Of a stretch of 64,000 nt of DNA, positions 24,071-36,300 are shown piece after piece; positions within the stretch are counted from its first letter, which is position 1; each line of letters starts with the position of its first letter. The DNA lies in contig CP154954.1 of assembly GCA_039621445.1 (NCBI GenBank), positions 43,150,632 to 43,214,631 on the forward strand, in the 5' to 3' direction. The stretch is from Euglena gracilis (taxonomy: Eukaryota). The position numbers were made by a program, and so were the translations under genes. Under the pieces are notes generated by a model. That model saw only the letters and a list, made by a program, of their open reading frames with translations. It was not told where the DNA came from and ran no database searches.

Positions 24071-27000
24071 ATGCAAAGCACAGGCCCCAACCATCAATTC
24101 AATTCTGCCTTATTACAGGCATCATTGCAGGACATAGACCAAGAAAATGGGGATTGGAAGCTTTTATGTGAAAGTGCTTCCAGTTCCCACGCCGATGAGG
24201 CACAATTGATTCAATTGTCACAATTGCAACATTTGTCATCATTGACAGTGGTCGGCGATGAGCCCTCCACATCATTGGCTTCAGAGGCTAATGCGGCCTC
24301 TTCCACACTCACCTTGCCACAACGGGGGTATTCGCCTCTGTCTGCGGTAATGGTGCAGCTGTGCACACCGGAGAGACCCGTGGTGATTCCGCCACCGGGC
24401 TTCTCTGGTGATGGTGGGCTAGAAACCCCGTGTTTCTTTCAACCCCCACCGGCTCTTCCACCGGCAAGCCCTTACGGAGCTTTGCCACCACCACCCGATC
24501 TTGGGTGTTATCCCGCACTACCTTGGCCACCGGAGACTCGCCTAGTGGTACCGGAATTCTCCGGTACGTCCCAACCCATGGATGGCTATGGGAAGGGCAC
24601 TGGTGAGCTCCTCACTGCTGAGGATGTGCAGGATATTGTTGCTCGGCTTCCAGGGGATCACCCCCTTGTGAGGCAGTTCAACCATGTGCAACAATGCGTT
24701 GCAGAGTGTGCAACCTCATTGAACAAAGTGCTTCAGTTTGATGAGGACAACCAGAAACATGTCTTCACCAAGCTGGAACACTGCTGGAATTACTTGCATG
24801 AAGTTGGCAGATATTGCCAGAGGAATTTCGAAAGTGCGGGTAGGATTGACCTTGCAAACTTTCGGGAAACCTTTGACAGAATACGCCAACAGCTCCCGCA
24901 AAACTTCCGGCAAATTAGTGAATGCATGCATGAAGCGGAAACGCGGAATGACTCCAAGTTTCTGCACTTGCATGGATCACTACAACAGTTATCGGGACAA
25001 ATGGAGTCCTGTTCATCTGCGTTGTTGCATTTGCAAAAACAGTTGCATGCACGAGATTCCTAGTCTGCAACATCCAGCAGTGGTGGATTTGTGTCTATGG
25101 ACCATTTCACCACATTGTCTGCAACTTTCCATGAATCGCAACACCGCATTATGCAGTTGTGCGATGAAACGGAAAAGTTTCGGCACTTCCGGTCACAAGC
25201 CAACGAGAATTTTGCTCCCCTCACGTATGTGCGGCAGTTGGAGGAGTGACTTTCCCGTTTGGAGCAGAAAACCTGCTATTGTGACGCGAATCGGGTTGGA
25301 TTATCCAATCTGAGCGCGAAAGTCGCGGAAATGGCACAATGGCAGGATTCCCTGCAGTTGCAGTTGCAATCCGACATTGGCGGGATTAACTCGGCCATTG
25401 CGGGTTTGCAACAAAGCTATTCCGCACTTTCCCACCGAGTTCCGGACATTAGCGGTATTCAGACTGCTATTGGGGAACTCCAGACCCGGTATGCATCGGT
25501 GTCTACCAAAGTAACGGAAATGCAGTCTCTACCTGCAGGTTCCAGTTCTCGAATTACAGAGAACCCTGATTTCAAGGCATTTTATGACAAAATGCTCACT
25601 AACAATCAGGAAACCTTGCAAGATTTCTGCAACAGCCTATTAAGGCTTGAGGAATCGGTGAATCGGAATGCCCGATCCACGCAAAGTGAAATTACCAGGT
25701 TGGATGGGCGAATTTTTGCGTTGTTGGATAGGCCACAACCCGGAAATTTGCCCGTGGGTACCACAACCGCGTTCTCGGATAACCCTGCACCGGTTGCACC
25801 CACCACCACACTAACCAAGGTGACATCACCTTTGCAGATTCTCTCAAATGCTGTAAAAGCATTAATGGGACAACTCCAATTATTGGATAAGTCTCACGGG
25901 AAACTTGTCCAAGATGTAACCGGAATTTCCGAAAGGATTCCGCACTTGGATGACTTTTCCCGTTACCGCAAGCGTATTCGCGCTTTGGAGGATGAAGTTG
26001 ACCGTATTTGCGGCCAACTCCAACTCGTTGAGCATTTGGAGCAAAGTGTGCATGACTTGTCTGTGGGTTTGGATAATGTGTCCAACCAACAGCGGGTTTC
26101 ACACCGCAATTCGGCAGTATGCATTGCCGAAGATGCGCCAAATGTTCCAGAGTCGCGTTTTCATAACCCGGCTCTGGGTGCACATGCACCACCACCACCC
26201 GTGTCCCGAGTGTCACAATCCGCGATTCCGCGAATTGTGCCACCATTGGCCTTGTCCACCACCCAAACCCAGTTTTTGGATGAATCTCCCATTACGGGAA
26301 CCGAATTCGCGGAAAACACGGCGCTTCCGCCAAGTCTCCACCAAGAAATCCATCATTCCATGCTTGTGCGTGGAATGAGCCAAACCCGTACACCGGGAGT
26401 GGGTCACATGTTGCATGCGCGACATACCCCCACACCGGAGAGTCTCCCTATTACGGGTGACCAACAGGGTTTGCGACCGGATTTCCGGTACCAAGAGTCA
26501 CCTTCACCAGAAATTTCACGATTCCGACAAGAATCCGGAAAGGATACGCTTGGTGCTCGAGCGTACCCGGGCCCGAATCCACGGAATACCACCGAGGGCC
26601 AACGGGTTTTTCAGAAAGACTTCAAGGGCACCATCGCAATCGCGAATAAGGTGAAACCCCAGTGGGATGGTGATCCAACCACATGGAGACAGTTTTTCCG
26701 GAACTGGGAGTACTACTGGGCATTGAAAGGGCCAACCCAGGACACAAACCCGGAGGTGATCAAGATGGAATTCATCGATTGCCTCCCTAGGGATGAGAAG
26801 GAGCGCGCGCGACAACTCGTCATTCGCTACCGCGTTTCCTTTGATGACCTGGTGGAGCAATACGCTTCCACCAGTTCAAGTTTGGTCGCTAGGATTACCC
26901 TGGAGACCAAGTGGCGGCAATGCGCCCCACCCGATCGGAAGTGGAAGTCCATTGACCTTTGGTATGCCAAATGGTTAGGACTTGCCGCTGAAGTGGATGA

Positions 27001-28051
27001 ACTCAGTGAAAAGCAAATGCGCGAACAGTTTGACGCTGTTCTCATGCATTTCACGCCTAGCCTCATCAAGGATATCCATCGTGAGGAGTTGGCGGGTAAC
27101 GCAATGACTCTTGACCAACGCTGGAATTATGTTTCCAAGCAACTGAAGCTATCACAGCTTCTTGGTCAGATTCAATCCGCGTATACCGCACACCCAACCG
27201 CTGGATTACCGGCTGGTTCGGTGAACGCATTGCAAAAATCACCGGTTTCACCCGCTTCACCCACCAGGGGATCGAAAACGCGATACCCGCGTTCTTCGGA
27301 CCAAGCCACGGATAAAGTGTGCTTTTTGTGCAACAAATCGGGACAGATGTCTCGGGAATGTCCTAATCCTGAAGCGCGTAAGCGTATTCAGAGTCCGCGA
27401 GGCTCGACGTCATCACGTGGTTCGGGTTCCTCCGCGTTTTCACGCCAATCGGGCAATTCAAGGTCATCGGGTCCCCGTTCCGGTGGTATTAGCCCCCGGA
27501 TCCCGTTCCGCGATGAGCGGAAACACGGTACCCCTCGGGGTAGGTCACCCGGTGCCCCGGCCAAGAAGCGTGATTCTCATCGCGAGGCATCACGATCGCG
27601 TTCGCGAAGCGGATCATCCTCTTCGCGATCCTCATCGGGAAAACCCCGATACACCAATCATGGTCGACGGGATACCCGGTCACCACGACGGTTTGACGGG
27701 AAATCGGGAAACCGATCCCCCCGTTATCCAGATTCGCGACACAAATCTCGGTGTTCGCTTTGTGGATCGAGTGATCACCACTCATCCAAATGTCCGCGTT
27801 CTCGTTCTCCCCGCCCTGGCCAACTTCATCGCGGTATTAATCGCGGTGACAAGGGTCACTCCTCCAACCGCCATAAAGTCGGTTTCAAGATATCTTGTTT
27901 GGAGGATGACACCCCGGCTTCGGGCAGGGATGGGGATGAGACCACGGATACCGATTTCGACGAGGCCCGCATGGCGGTGCGCACGTTGAAATCCGTTTAC
28001 ACCTCTAAAAGGCCCATAGCCGGCTATTCGGCCGGTTCGGACCTGGAGTAG
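24071..28051 (+). pseudogene. gag: Gag copy 2 (premature stops at ~25061 and ~25247)
   Basis: ORFs 24038-25063 and 25259-28051 are in the same frame. TCG>TAG and CGA>TGA relative to copy 1. Confidence 0.85.
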
Positions 28052-31000
28052 GGGAGCCCGAGGTCCGAGGGCACGGACCTCTGGGCTGATGAACAGATGG
28101 AGGTAGGACCTGATCAACCCTGCCCCCCCTGCCCATCTGCCTTCCCGGTCGATACCCGGAAAATTTTCGGGTCCCCCACCCCCCACTCCAACTTTCCGCT
28201 CGGAATGTTGTGCAAAGTAGGAAAGGGTTCATGGGAAAGCTGACAAGAAAACGTATTTTCGCCAGACCCTTCACTTTGCCTACCCCCCATGGAACTTTTG
28301 GTCCAAGCGGAAATCAAAATGCAAAATTTTTGTACAAAAGTCAAAATTCTCATTGACACTGGTTGTCGCAATGCACTACTTTTTCGGTTCGGGTTGATAC
28401 CAACCCCCCTCTTGGTGAAAGCCAAGAAGCCGATCAAAATTACGACGGCTGACAACACCCCTATGTGCGGTGGTGACTTGGGATGCTTTTTGGACATTGT
28501 CCTACCCCTCATCCCCAAGCACCACTCACACCCCCCCCAACCGCAAAATTTTCCGGATACCTGGGGATTTGAATCCGGAATCCATGGTTCTGACGTAATT
28601 CTGGGATACCCCTTTTTACGTCAGCACCGGCTGGTAGTGGATTGCCACTCCCACGGTTTGCGCACATCACCATTCTCCTCATTGCCCCCCAAACCCTCAT
28701 CACCTGTGGCGTCAACCGCGATAGCCACCAATTTTTCCACACCGTTTTCGAAAACTTTTACCCCGTTACCAACCACACCAACCAACGTTTTCCACACCGG
28801 GTGTACGGAGAAAGTTCACCCCCTGCCCATTGACACACCAACTTCCGTTCCCCATGAGGCAGGGCAAGCGAGTAGCGGTACCCCCCTCGTTCCACTGGGT
28901 TACAAGACGAAAGCCCAAAGGCCTGAAGTAGTACGGTGTCGAGTAGTCGCCCAGCTGCGGTAACACCCCGTTTTCCACCAGATGTATCGCTTTCAGATAC
29001 ATCTGTACACCCCCCAGCAGCTACAAAAGCGCATCCCAACTTTTACACACACCCCCACCAGACCAACATGCGCGACCAGGACCACTACTCCGACACTTCC
29101 TTCCAATGTGTGCACTGTAGGAGAATTTCCGCCCAGCCAGATTTCGATTGTGGATGTTTAGTCCAAACACCAACACTAATCCCGATTTCGCGCACCCATA
29201 CACTTGGTTGCGGATCGCAATGCGCGACCGTACATCAAGTGCTCCAACAACGAGGTATTGCCTTGTTGTTTGGGACCGCGAAATCCGTGTCACACACCTC
29301 CCCCACCTCCATCTGGCATGATATGGACTGGGTATGCACCCATCCAACCCATCAACCCTTGGGAATGCCCCTTGGGAGTGTGGATGACACACCCTTGACC
29401 TATGTTTCCGGATCCCTGAATTGCGTTACCGCTCTTCAACCCGCGAACCAGGTCGACACCTACGCGATGCGCGTATGGAACGCATTTAATTTTGGTCAAT
29501 ACCGTATTTTGGAGGAATGGTTCTCCAAAATCGCGGCTTTGGCTGATGCCTTCGATTTGCCGTTGGAAATTGATGCGTTCTCATCAAAAGCGCATGCGCG
29601 CTTGTCGCGATATTGGTCGCGACATACCAACGCATTCCTTAAATTTTGGGGTGATACGGTGCTATGGATGCACCCTCCCCCAAAACTTATCCCAGATGTG
29701 GTGGAGAAAATCCTCCGCGATGAAGCGCGAGGAGCTCTCCTCATACCGGTCAATCCGAATGCGGATTGGTTTCACCAACTATCCTATGTGTGTTTTCATT
29801 GGTGGGATTTACCCGCTGATGTACCACTATTTGAGGATTTTTGTGGTATATTATTACCACCTGTCAAAGAAATCATTTTTCGCGTTTGTTTCTTCGACGC
29901 ATTCGGAATATCCGATTTGCGTGTGCCAAGATACCTTGGTACGGATGGGGATGCCACACCCTCAACGCAGATTTCTGCGGTCATTGAGAGTGCGGACCAA
30001 CATCCCAAGTCTGCTGATTATTGTTCGCGAATTGCTCGCGAATTCCATGGTGTACTGGATAACCCAGTTTACGCCTGCGACATCGACCCCGCGATTCGCG
30101 GTCTGTTCGGTGTTTGCAAAATCGAGCTCAAGGATGGCGCTAAACCTATGCACCGGAAATTCTTCCGTTGCTCGGGTGAACGCGAACAGGCTCTCAACGA
30201 GATGATTGAGAAGCTCATCCAGCGGAAGTGGATTATCCCTTCCAAGAGCGAGTGGACATCACAAGCTTTTGTGGTGCCCAAACCCGCTGACCAGTCTGGT
30301 CAGAAGAAGTGGAGACTGGTGCTGGATTACCGGTACCTGAACTCCCATACGAAGGATGACCCCTTCCCGTTACCGCTGATCGAGGATTTGATCACAAAAC
30401 AATCGGATAACCGGTTGTGGTCAATCTTTGATCTGGAAGACGGTTTCCATCAGATGCATTTGCATCCTGATTCGCAACCGTACACGGCATTCGTGACATC
30501 CAAGGGTGTGTACCAATGGACGGTACCCCCCATTGGTGTTAAGAATGGCCCAGCCATGTTTCAACGCATGATCCAGTGGGTTTTGCGCGAGTTACCGTTT
30601 GCTCTGGTGTACATCGATGATGTACTGGTGGGAACCCAACCGCCATCCGCGAAATCGGGCGAGGATATCCTCGACCCGCATTATCGCGATGTGCGCGCGG
30701 TATTATCCGCGTTCCAAAAGCATGTGCTTTTTGTGAAGGGTTCCAAAATGCACCTGTTTCGCAAAATTATTAAGTTTTGCGGACACATCCTGAGCAACGG
30801 GCAGCGTAAAGCCGCACCCAGTAAGATGGAGGCCATTAAGAAATGGACTCCTGAGGTCATTAAGACCTTAACGCATTTAAAAGGATTTTTGGGATTAGCC
30901 CAATATTACGCGATTTACATGAAAGATTTCGCGAAAATCGCGGTACCCCTAACCCGACAACTCAAAAATCGGACACCCGATAACGCAAAAGTCATTTGGG

Positions 31001-33177
31001 ATGACCAAATGTGCGAGGCCTTGAATAAAATCAAGGACTTGCTCCTCGAGAACGTGGTTCTCGATATCGCGGATCCATACAAACCGTATGTCCTGGAGGT
31101 CGACAGCAGCGATTACGCTGTTGGCGGGGTTCTTAGCCAGCATAATGCGGCGAATGAACTCCGACCTGTGGCTTTCTTCAGCAGGAAGCTACAGGGCGAC
31201 AGCGGGAAAGGACAGGTTAAATGGAGCATTCGCGAAAAGGAGACATATGCCATTGTGCTAATTCTCCAGAAGTTCCGCAGCTGGATAGCCAGCAGCTTGG
31301 TCCAGATACTAGTGTTGACGGATCATGAAAGCCTTCAACACTGGTATACCGAGGACCTGAACAAGGCCATATCATCAGTTGGCAGAAGATGCCGATGGCA
31401 TGAGTTCTTGAGCCAGTTTAACCTGGTGGTAGTTTATACCCCAGGTCATACGCAAAAAGTTGCGGATCCTCTCAGCCGAGCCCCCTGGTATTATCCTGGG
31501 AACCCGGATGAGGGTGATGCGACTTTTCATGGCAGCCATGAGGCTGGCCAGTTCGCACGTCGATCCGACGCTGCGGACAACATGCTCGATTCACTACCCG
31601 TTTGCCGGGTGTATCGCAGCATTGCCATTTCACCATTGCGTGGAAGGCGCCGGCGTGGACGCACTGCCGGACCCCGTCGCATTACGCGTACGGAAACTCC
31701 TACCCCCCTATTTTTCCGCGAATGGGATTATTCGCGTGACCCGGTATATAGTACCATTGTGAATAGACTTCGTAATGGTGAATCCATAGAGAATTATTCT
31801 CTATCACCATTGCGGCTTATTTTCCGGAATGATTCTGGTTATAAATATTGTATACCCCAAGACCTGGTTGATGATGTGATTTTGAGCTATCACAACCATG
31901 GTCACCCTGGGGCCCCCAAACTTCTTTCACTAGTGGGTCGCAGATATTGCACAACCCTGAGTGAAAAAGATTTATATTCGCGCTGTTTGCGAATTTCGCA
32001 ACGGTGCCAAATTTGTCAGGCTGTGAAACCGCGCAGAGGTACCCCCCCTGGTACGATGGACGTTTTCCCCGTACCACCAGACATTTTTACGTCCCTCTGC
32101 ATGGATTTTCTCGAACTTGAACCTTGCAAAGGATCAGATGACCAAATTTACGATTACGTTTTTGTTGTCGTCTGTCGGCTGAGTGGGTACATAGTAGCCA
32201 TTCCATGCCGGAAAGCAGGGTTGACAGCCCAAATTTTGGCATCCATATTCCTGGAGAAATGCATCTGCTTAATGGGTTTACCGAACGAAATCGTGAGTGA
32301 TCAAGATCACTTGATCTCTTCGCGGTTTTTCACAACTTTGTGCGGTTTACTCGGCATTGAGCAGCATTTTTCCATTATATACCGCCCGAAAGGCAATGGT
32401 AGAGCCGAGGCAGCCGTGAAATCCGTTGTCAATATGCTTCGCCTTTCACTGGCGGACTCGGGTAAGAATTGGTTATCCGTTCTTCATTGGTGTTTATTTT
32501 ACATCAATACCTTGCCAGGGTTGGTATTACCACACTCACCATACAAAATTGTTTTCGGACCTGACCCTCCGGCCATAGGGGATATCTCCTCGGAGAGATC
32601 CGCCCGAAGTAGCGTCAGCTGTGAAACGTGGTTTGCAGAAGTGGAATCACTCCGCTCTGCAGTCCAATCACGTATCACAGAAATTCATTCCAACAAACGG
32701 AAATCGTTTTTGCAGAACTTCAACACACCTGTGTATAGTCCAGGTGACCGCGTGTGGGTACGGAATAACCGCACCCGCATGCAATCTTCCAAGCTAGATC
32801 CTCTTTTGCTCGGCCCATGCGAAATTTTGGAGAGGTTAGGTAGTAGCGGGCGATATAAAGTTGCCTTGCCCAACGGGATTGAGGACGTCCATATGGACGA
32901 CTTCAAACCGTACCTAAGCCCCCCAGACGGAAAAGCTATCCCCTGCCTATATTTCAAGCCCCGTTCCAGATTACCTGAAACGGACGACTTTGTGGTCGAT
33001 AAGATAATAGACCACAAGGTCGACAGGGGTGAGCACTACTGGAAAGTTCGCTGGAATGGGTATGGGCCAGAGGAGGACACTTGGGAGCCAGCATCCAGTT
33101 TTGTTGGATATGTCCAACAGGATTGGAAGCTGTGCAACAAGCGCAATAACATAGACATAAACATAAACACTGTCTAA
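28052..33177 (+). CDS. pol: Pol copy 2 (stop at ~28241, frameshift near 28931; MTase-RT-RH-IN-CHD intact in 28936-33177)
   Basis: Same motifs as copy 1, with a 1413-aa open frame from the linker to the chromodomain. Confidence 0.92.
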
Positions 33178-33372
33178 AACGATTTCGTTTTGGAGAATGC
33201 GTGTGTTTTATGTGAATGTTTCGCGTTTATACCCCCCCCTGCACTTCATTATTTCTCTATCTTTCTCGCAGAGTTTTGATTAAGATAGAAGCCTTGCTTT
33301 TTCAGTGCTCTCGCACTCAAAGCGACTGACAACAAGGTTACCCTTAGTTGTCGTCGTCGTTCGGGTAGCATC

Positions 33373-36300
33373 ATGCTACCTGGGCGCGGACCTGGACCAG
33401 GTCCACCATGGCCGCAGCCTTCTGGCGCGCCATACCCCCAGTACCCTCAGTATGCTGAGGCCCCGATTCCGGGTGCCCCACATGCTGAGAGGGTTTCAGC
33501 CCCGGTATTCGCCGCGGCTACCAGCAGCCGGTCCGCATATGCGGTACCAGATCCATCTGCCGTCCAGCAGCCGGCACCTCAGCCACCAGCGCAGCGCAGA
33601 TCGCGCCTGCCCCCGTATGCGGGAGAGATGATCTTCCGCACTACGGAGACGTTGGAGCGGGCGATGCGTATGTGCGCACACCCCCCAACGGAGCCCTTTA
33701 TGCAAGCCCTTTGGGATGCATACTGTGCTCAGTTGTTGGTGGTAGCCAACACCCCTGTGGCTCAGTGGTGTCCCTGTGGTCAGGCCCTGATGACAGGGAG
33801 ACGGTATTTCTCGTCCGCAGCCGATTCCGGCTTCGAACCCGGCGAGACCATGATGGACCTGGGCGTGTATGTGCCGCCCATGCTGCAAACGCAGACGCCG
33901 GTGGGATCCCACACCGTGCATATGCGTGAGCACACGCCCCCACCGGTAGGTGAGGCTGTGCATGTCCCACCTGGGATGACGAGAATTTTTGCTCGCCCGC
34001 CCTCGCCGCAGCGAATGCCGCCGCGCGAGCCGCCAGCGGAGCAATTTGTCTCGCGGTACGCGACGCACGCGGATTACCCGCGCGGCGCACGCGTGCTCCC
34101 AGCCGGACAGTCGGACGTGCCCTCTGAGGCATACGTCCAACACATGTTCATGCACTGGATGCCACAAGCATCACCGGTCGCCCCTGTCCCTGGCGTTGAG
34201 CCACGGAGGCAGGCGGAGCCCATAGTGGTGGAGGATGAACCTCCCCACCGTGAGGCAGCCCGACCACCGAGTGCAGCCCCTGTCCAGACTGGGGATGTCC
34301 CCCGTCGGCAGGAGGCTCCCTACTATCATATGGCACCTCCGGGAACCGAGCAGGATGAGCTTGCTCGGCACTTCCTGCAGGAGCCAGTATTCGCGTCTGA
34401 AGAGCACCGGACGAGGTATTACGCCTCTCTGGCTGCCCTTCAGGGTCGTGGATACACCCCCTACCATCCGTACCACCCGCAGCTGCGGGTGGCGACCCCG
34501 GTATTACCCGGTGAGCCCCCGGCAGGAGCGGCAGGATTACCTGCCACCCTGAAGCGCGATAGGGTTACGGAGAACCTTACCCCACAGCCCAGGCGACCCA
34601 GCCCACGGGACGCGGAAGGCGGTGCGGCAATGCAGGTGGAAGCCAGCCCGGATACCCCGGCTGGGCAACCACCGGCAGTGGCACAGGCAGCGATGAGCCG
34701 TCCTGTTGCCGCAATGCCACCGCCGATCCCTCCGGTATGGAAGGAGCCGCGACCCCCTACGCCGAAACCAAGCCCACGCCAGGCTCCTAGCCAGCGCCCA
34801 GCCACGCCGTCACGGCGACGTGCAGCGGAACGGCAAGGTCCCTCCCCAGAGATGGAATGGGAAGGTACCGAACCGACTCCTGCCGCACCGAGCGCCCGAC
34901 CCTCTGGTATTCGCCAGACAGGGAAGGACAAAGGTAAGGCTGAGGGCAAAGGCAAGGGAGAAGGCAAAGGCGTGGCCGGCAAAGGTAAGGGTGAGGGCAA
35001 GGATAAGGGTACAGCCCGTGAGGAGGAGGAAGAACCAGCACAAGTCCTCTCGGACTTTGAGCAAATGCTCAGGTTCAAGGAGGAGCTGGAGGACGAAGGC
35101 TGGCGAATGCAGCATGATTACCATGTTGCAGGAAACCGCCCCGTCACCCCTCCGGAAGCAGTCATCGAGGTGGTATTACACCACACCGAGAACAGAGTCA
35201 GACAATTCCATTACGGAATTGACCTGTACGCCTTCGAAGGTGAAGGTGGCAGACCCTTGCTGGATGCCCAGCCGGGCTTCTGGGAACTCTGGTTTTGGCT
35301 GGGATACCCCTGCCAGAACTGGGGTCTCTTCAGCGACTCCACTGGCCGCAGTTACCTGCACCAGTTAGGATTTCGGGACCAGCATGCGTTGGCCCGAAGG
35401 CTGAAGGCAATCTTCAACTGTATTCATACAGTCGGACCCCTCGGCGTACAGTGGGAATTCTACCCACTACACCCCGACATCGAACGCCTAATCGAGGTGT
35501 TGTGGTGCAACAACCTTCAGGTATGGCTGGTGAGCCATTACGGCTCCACCTTCCGCGTTAGGCGTGTTTCCCTGGCTTACCCGCAGAGGTATGACCTCTG
35601 CTGTAAGTACTGCCGGCAGGAATTTCCTGTCGACTTCTGGGGATTCGGCGTGCGCGGAAGTCCTCCACCGCCTCGGGATATCCCGGGCCTGGAGATGGGA
35701 CGCCGCATGCTTATGCATGTGTGCCGCGACGCCCCGGATGTCCAGGGCAAAAGTCGCCGCGTCCACAAGCAGCGTATTTTTATGCTGCAGCAGTTCTGGT
35801 GGCGAGCCTGGACCACCTATGTCATGGAGGTGTATATACATCTCCGTGACCCCCAGGACGATAGGCCTGGTATGGAAAGCCTGCCACCGGATTACGGTGA
35901 CGCCATCGAGGGTCCTCGTCGTCGGATTCTCGGCCACCTGCGCCCCAACTGGCACCTGGCTGATATCCGCCTGGAGGAACATTTGCGGCGACAGTTTGGC
36001 GGTACCCTCGACCAGGAGGTATTCCTTCCGCTGAGATCTCACCCGAAGGCCTTCCTCGACCAGCGTATGCCGATTCTGGCATGCGTTCAGGAGTTCGAGG
36101 AGGGCTTTTTCGAGGTCTGGGAGGACACGCGTTACCGCGGCTTCCTGGGCCCGAACAGGCCTGCCAACGCCTGGGTGCAGCCATCATGGCCGCCACCCTG
36201 GCCCAACAGCGCCAGTAGCAGTACGCTGGCCTTTTACAGGCTGGCGGATGCCCAGGGATGCCGATGGCACCCCGACGACCCTCGTTCGCCCGAGGATCTG

